A DNA stretch of 63,671 bases, the filler included, from Octopus bimaculoides (Eukaryota): NCBI RefSeq assembly GCF_001194135.2. It is 5 parts of 4 records of this genome, joined end to end, with 100 filler letters (N's around TTAATTAATTAA, not from the genome) between each part and the next. Parts side by side here need not be neighbours in the genome. Positions count along the whole stretch, not along the records: positions 53,828 to 63,671 come from NC_068987.1; 4 more parts are not named here. One strand, 5' to 3'. Made by a program: the position numbers and the translations under genes. The notes under the pieces were generated by a model. That model was not told where the DNA came from. It saw only the letters and a program-made list of their open reading frames with translations, and ran no database searches. Shown piece by piece: positions 63,484 through 63,671 of the stretch. Within the stretch, counting starts at the first letter, position 1, and every line of letters starts with the position of its first letter.

Positions 63484-63671
63484 GGTGCAGGAATGGCTGT
63501 GTGGTAAGTAGCTTGCTTACCAACCACATGGTTCCGCGTTCAGTCCCACTGTGTGGCACTTTGGGCAAGTATCTTCTACTATAGCCTCGGGCTGACCAAA
63601 GCTTTGTGAGTGGATTTGGTAGACGGAAACTGAAAGAAGCCCGTCGTATATATATATATATATATATATAT
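63484..63671 (+). mobile_element. SINE family A head running into (AT)n at the window end
   Basis: GGCTGTGTGGTAAG...GTTCAGTCCCACTG...GACGGAAACTGAAAGAAGCCCGTCG(TA)n. Confidence 0.85.

Overview
Eukaryotic, very AT-rich, microsatellite- and repeat-saturated DNA with many N gaps. The SINE families and repeat landscape look like an octopus genome (inference from recognised repeat motifs; species not verifiable here). Four 100-bp gaps carry a TTAATTAATTAA six-frame-stop spacer (11901-12000, 21476-21575, 32265-32364, 53728-53827), so the window is five joined assembly pieces. The only convincing host gene is a fragment on the minus strand of the 21576-32264 piece: two large exons (32264->31082 and 22680->21576, both running into gaps) encoding an acidic Glu/Val/Thr/Ile/Lys-rich, low-complexity giant protein with a 46-aa (138-bp) repeat, joined by a phase-compatible GT-AG intron. 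That intron contains a textbook 3' splice site directly abutting a 5' splice site (candidate recursive site, 26233/26232) and candidate microexons. A second intact frame (60752->60408, minus) encodes three C2H2 zinc fingers and ends in a LINE-like 3' tail. The rest is decayed transposons (Penelope-like, mariner, RTE, R4/Dong-like and CR1-like LINEs, hAT and Tc1/mariner MITEs), tRNA-derived SINEs and microsatellites. Most ORF-track entries are microsatellite or gap artefacts. No rRNA, true tRNA or CRISPR array is supported.
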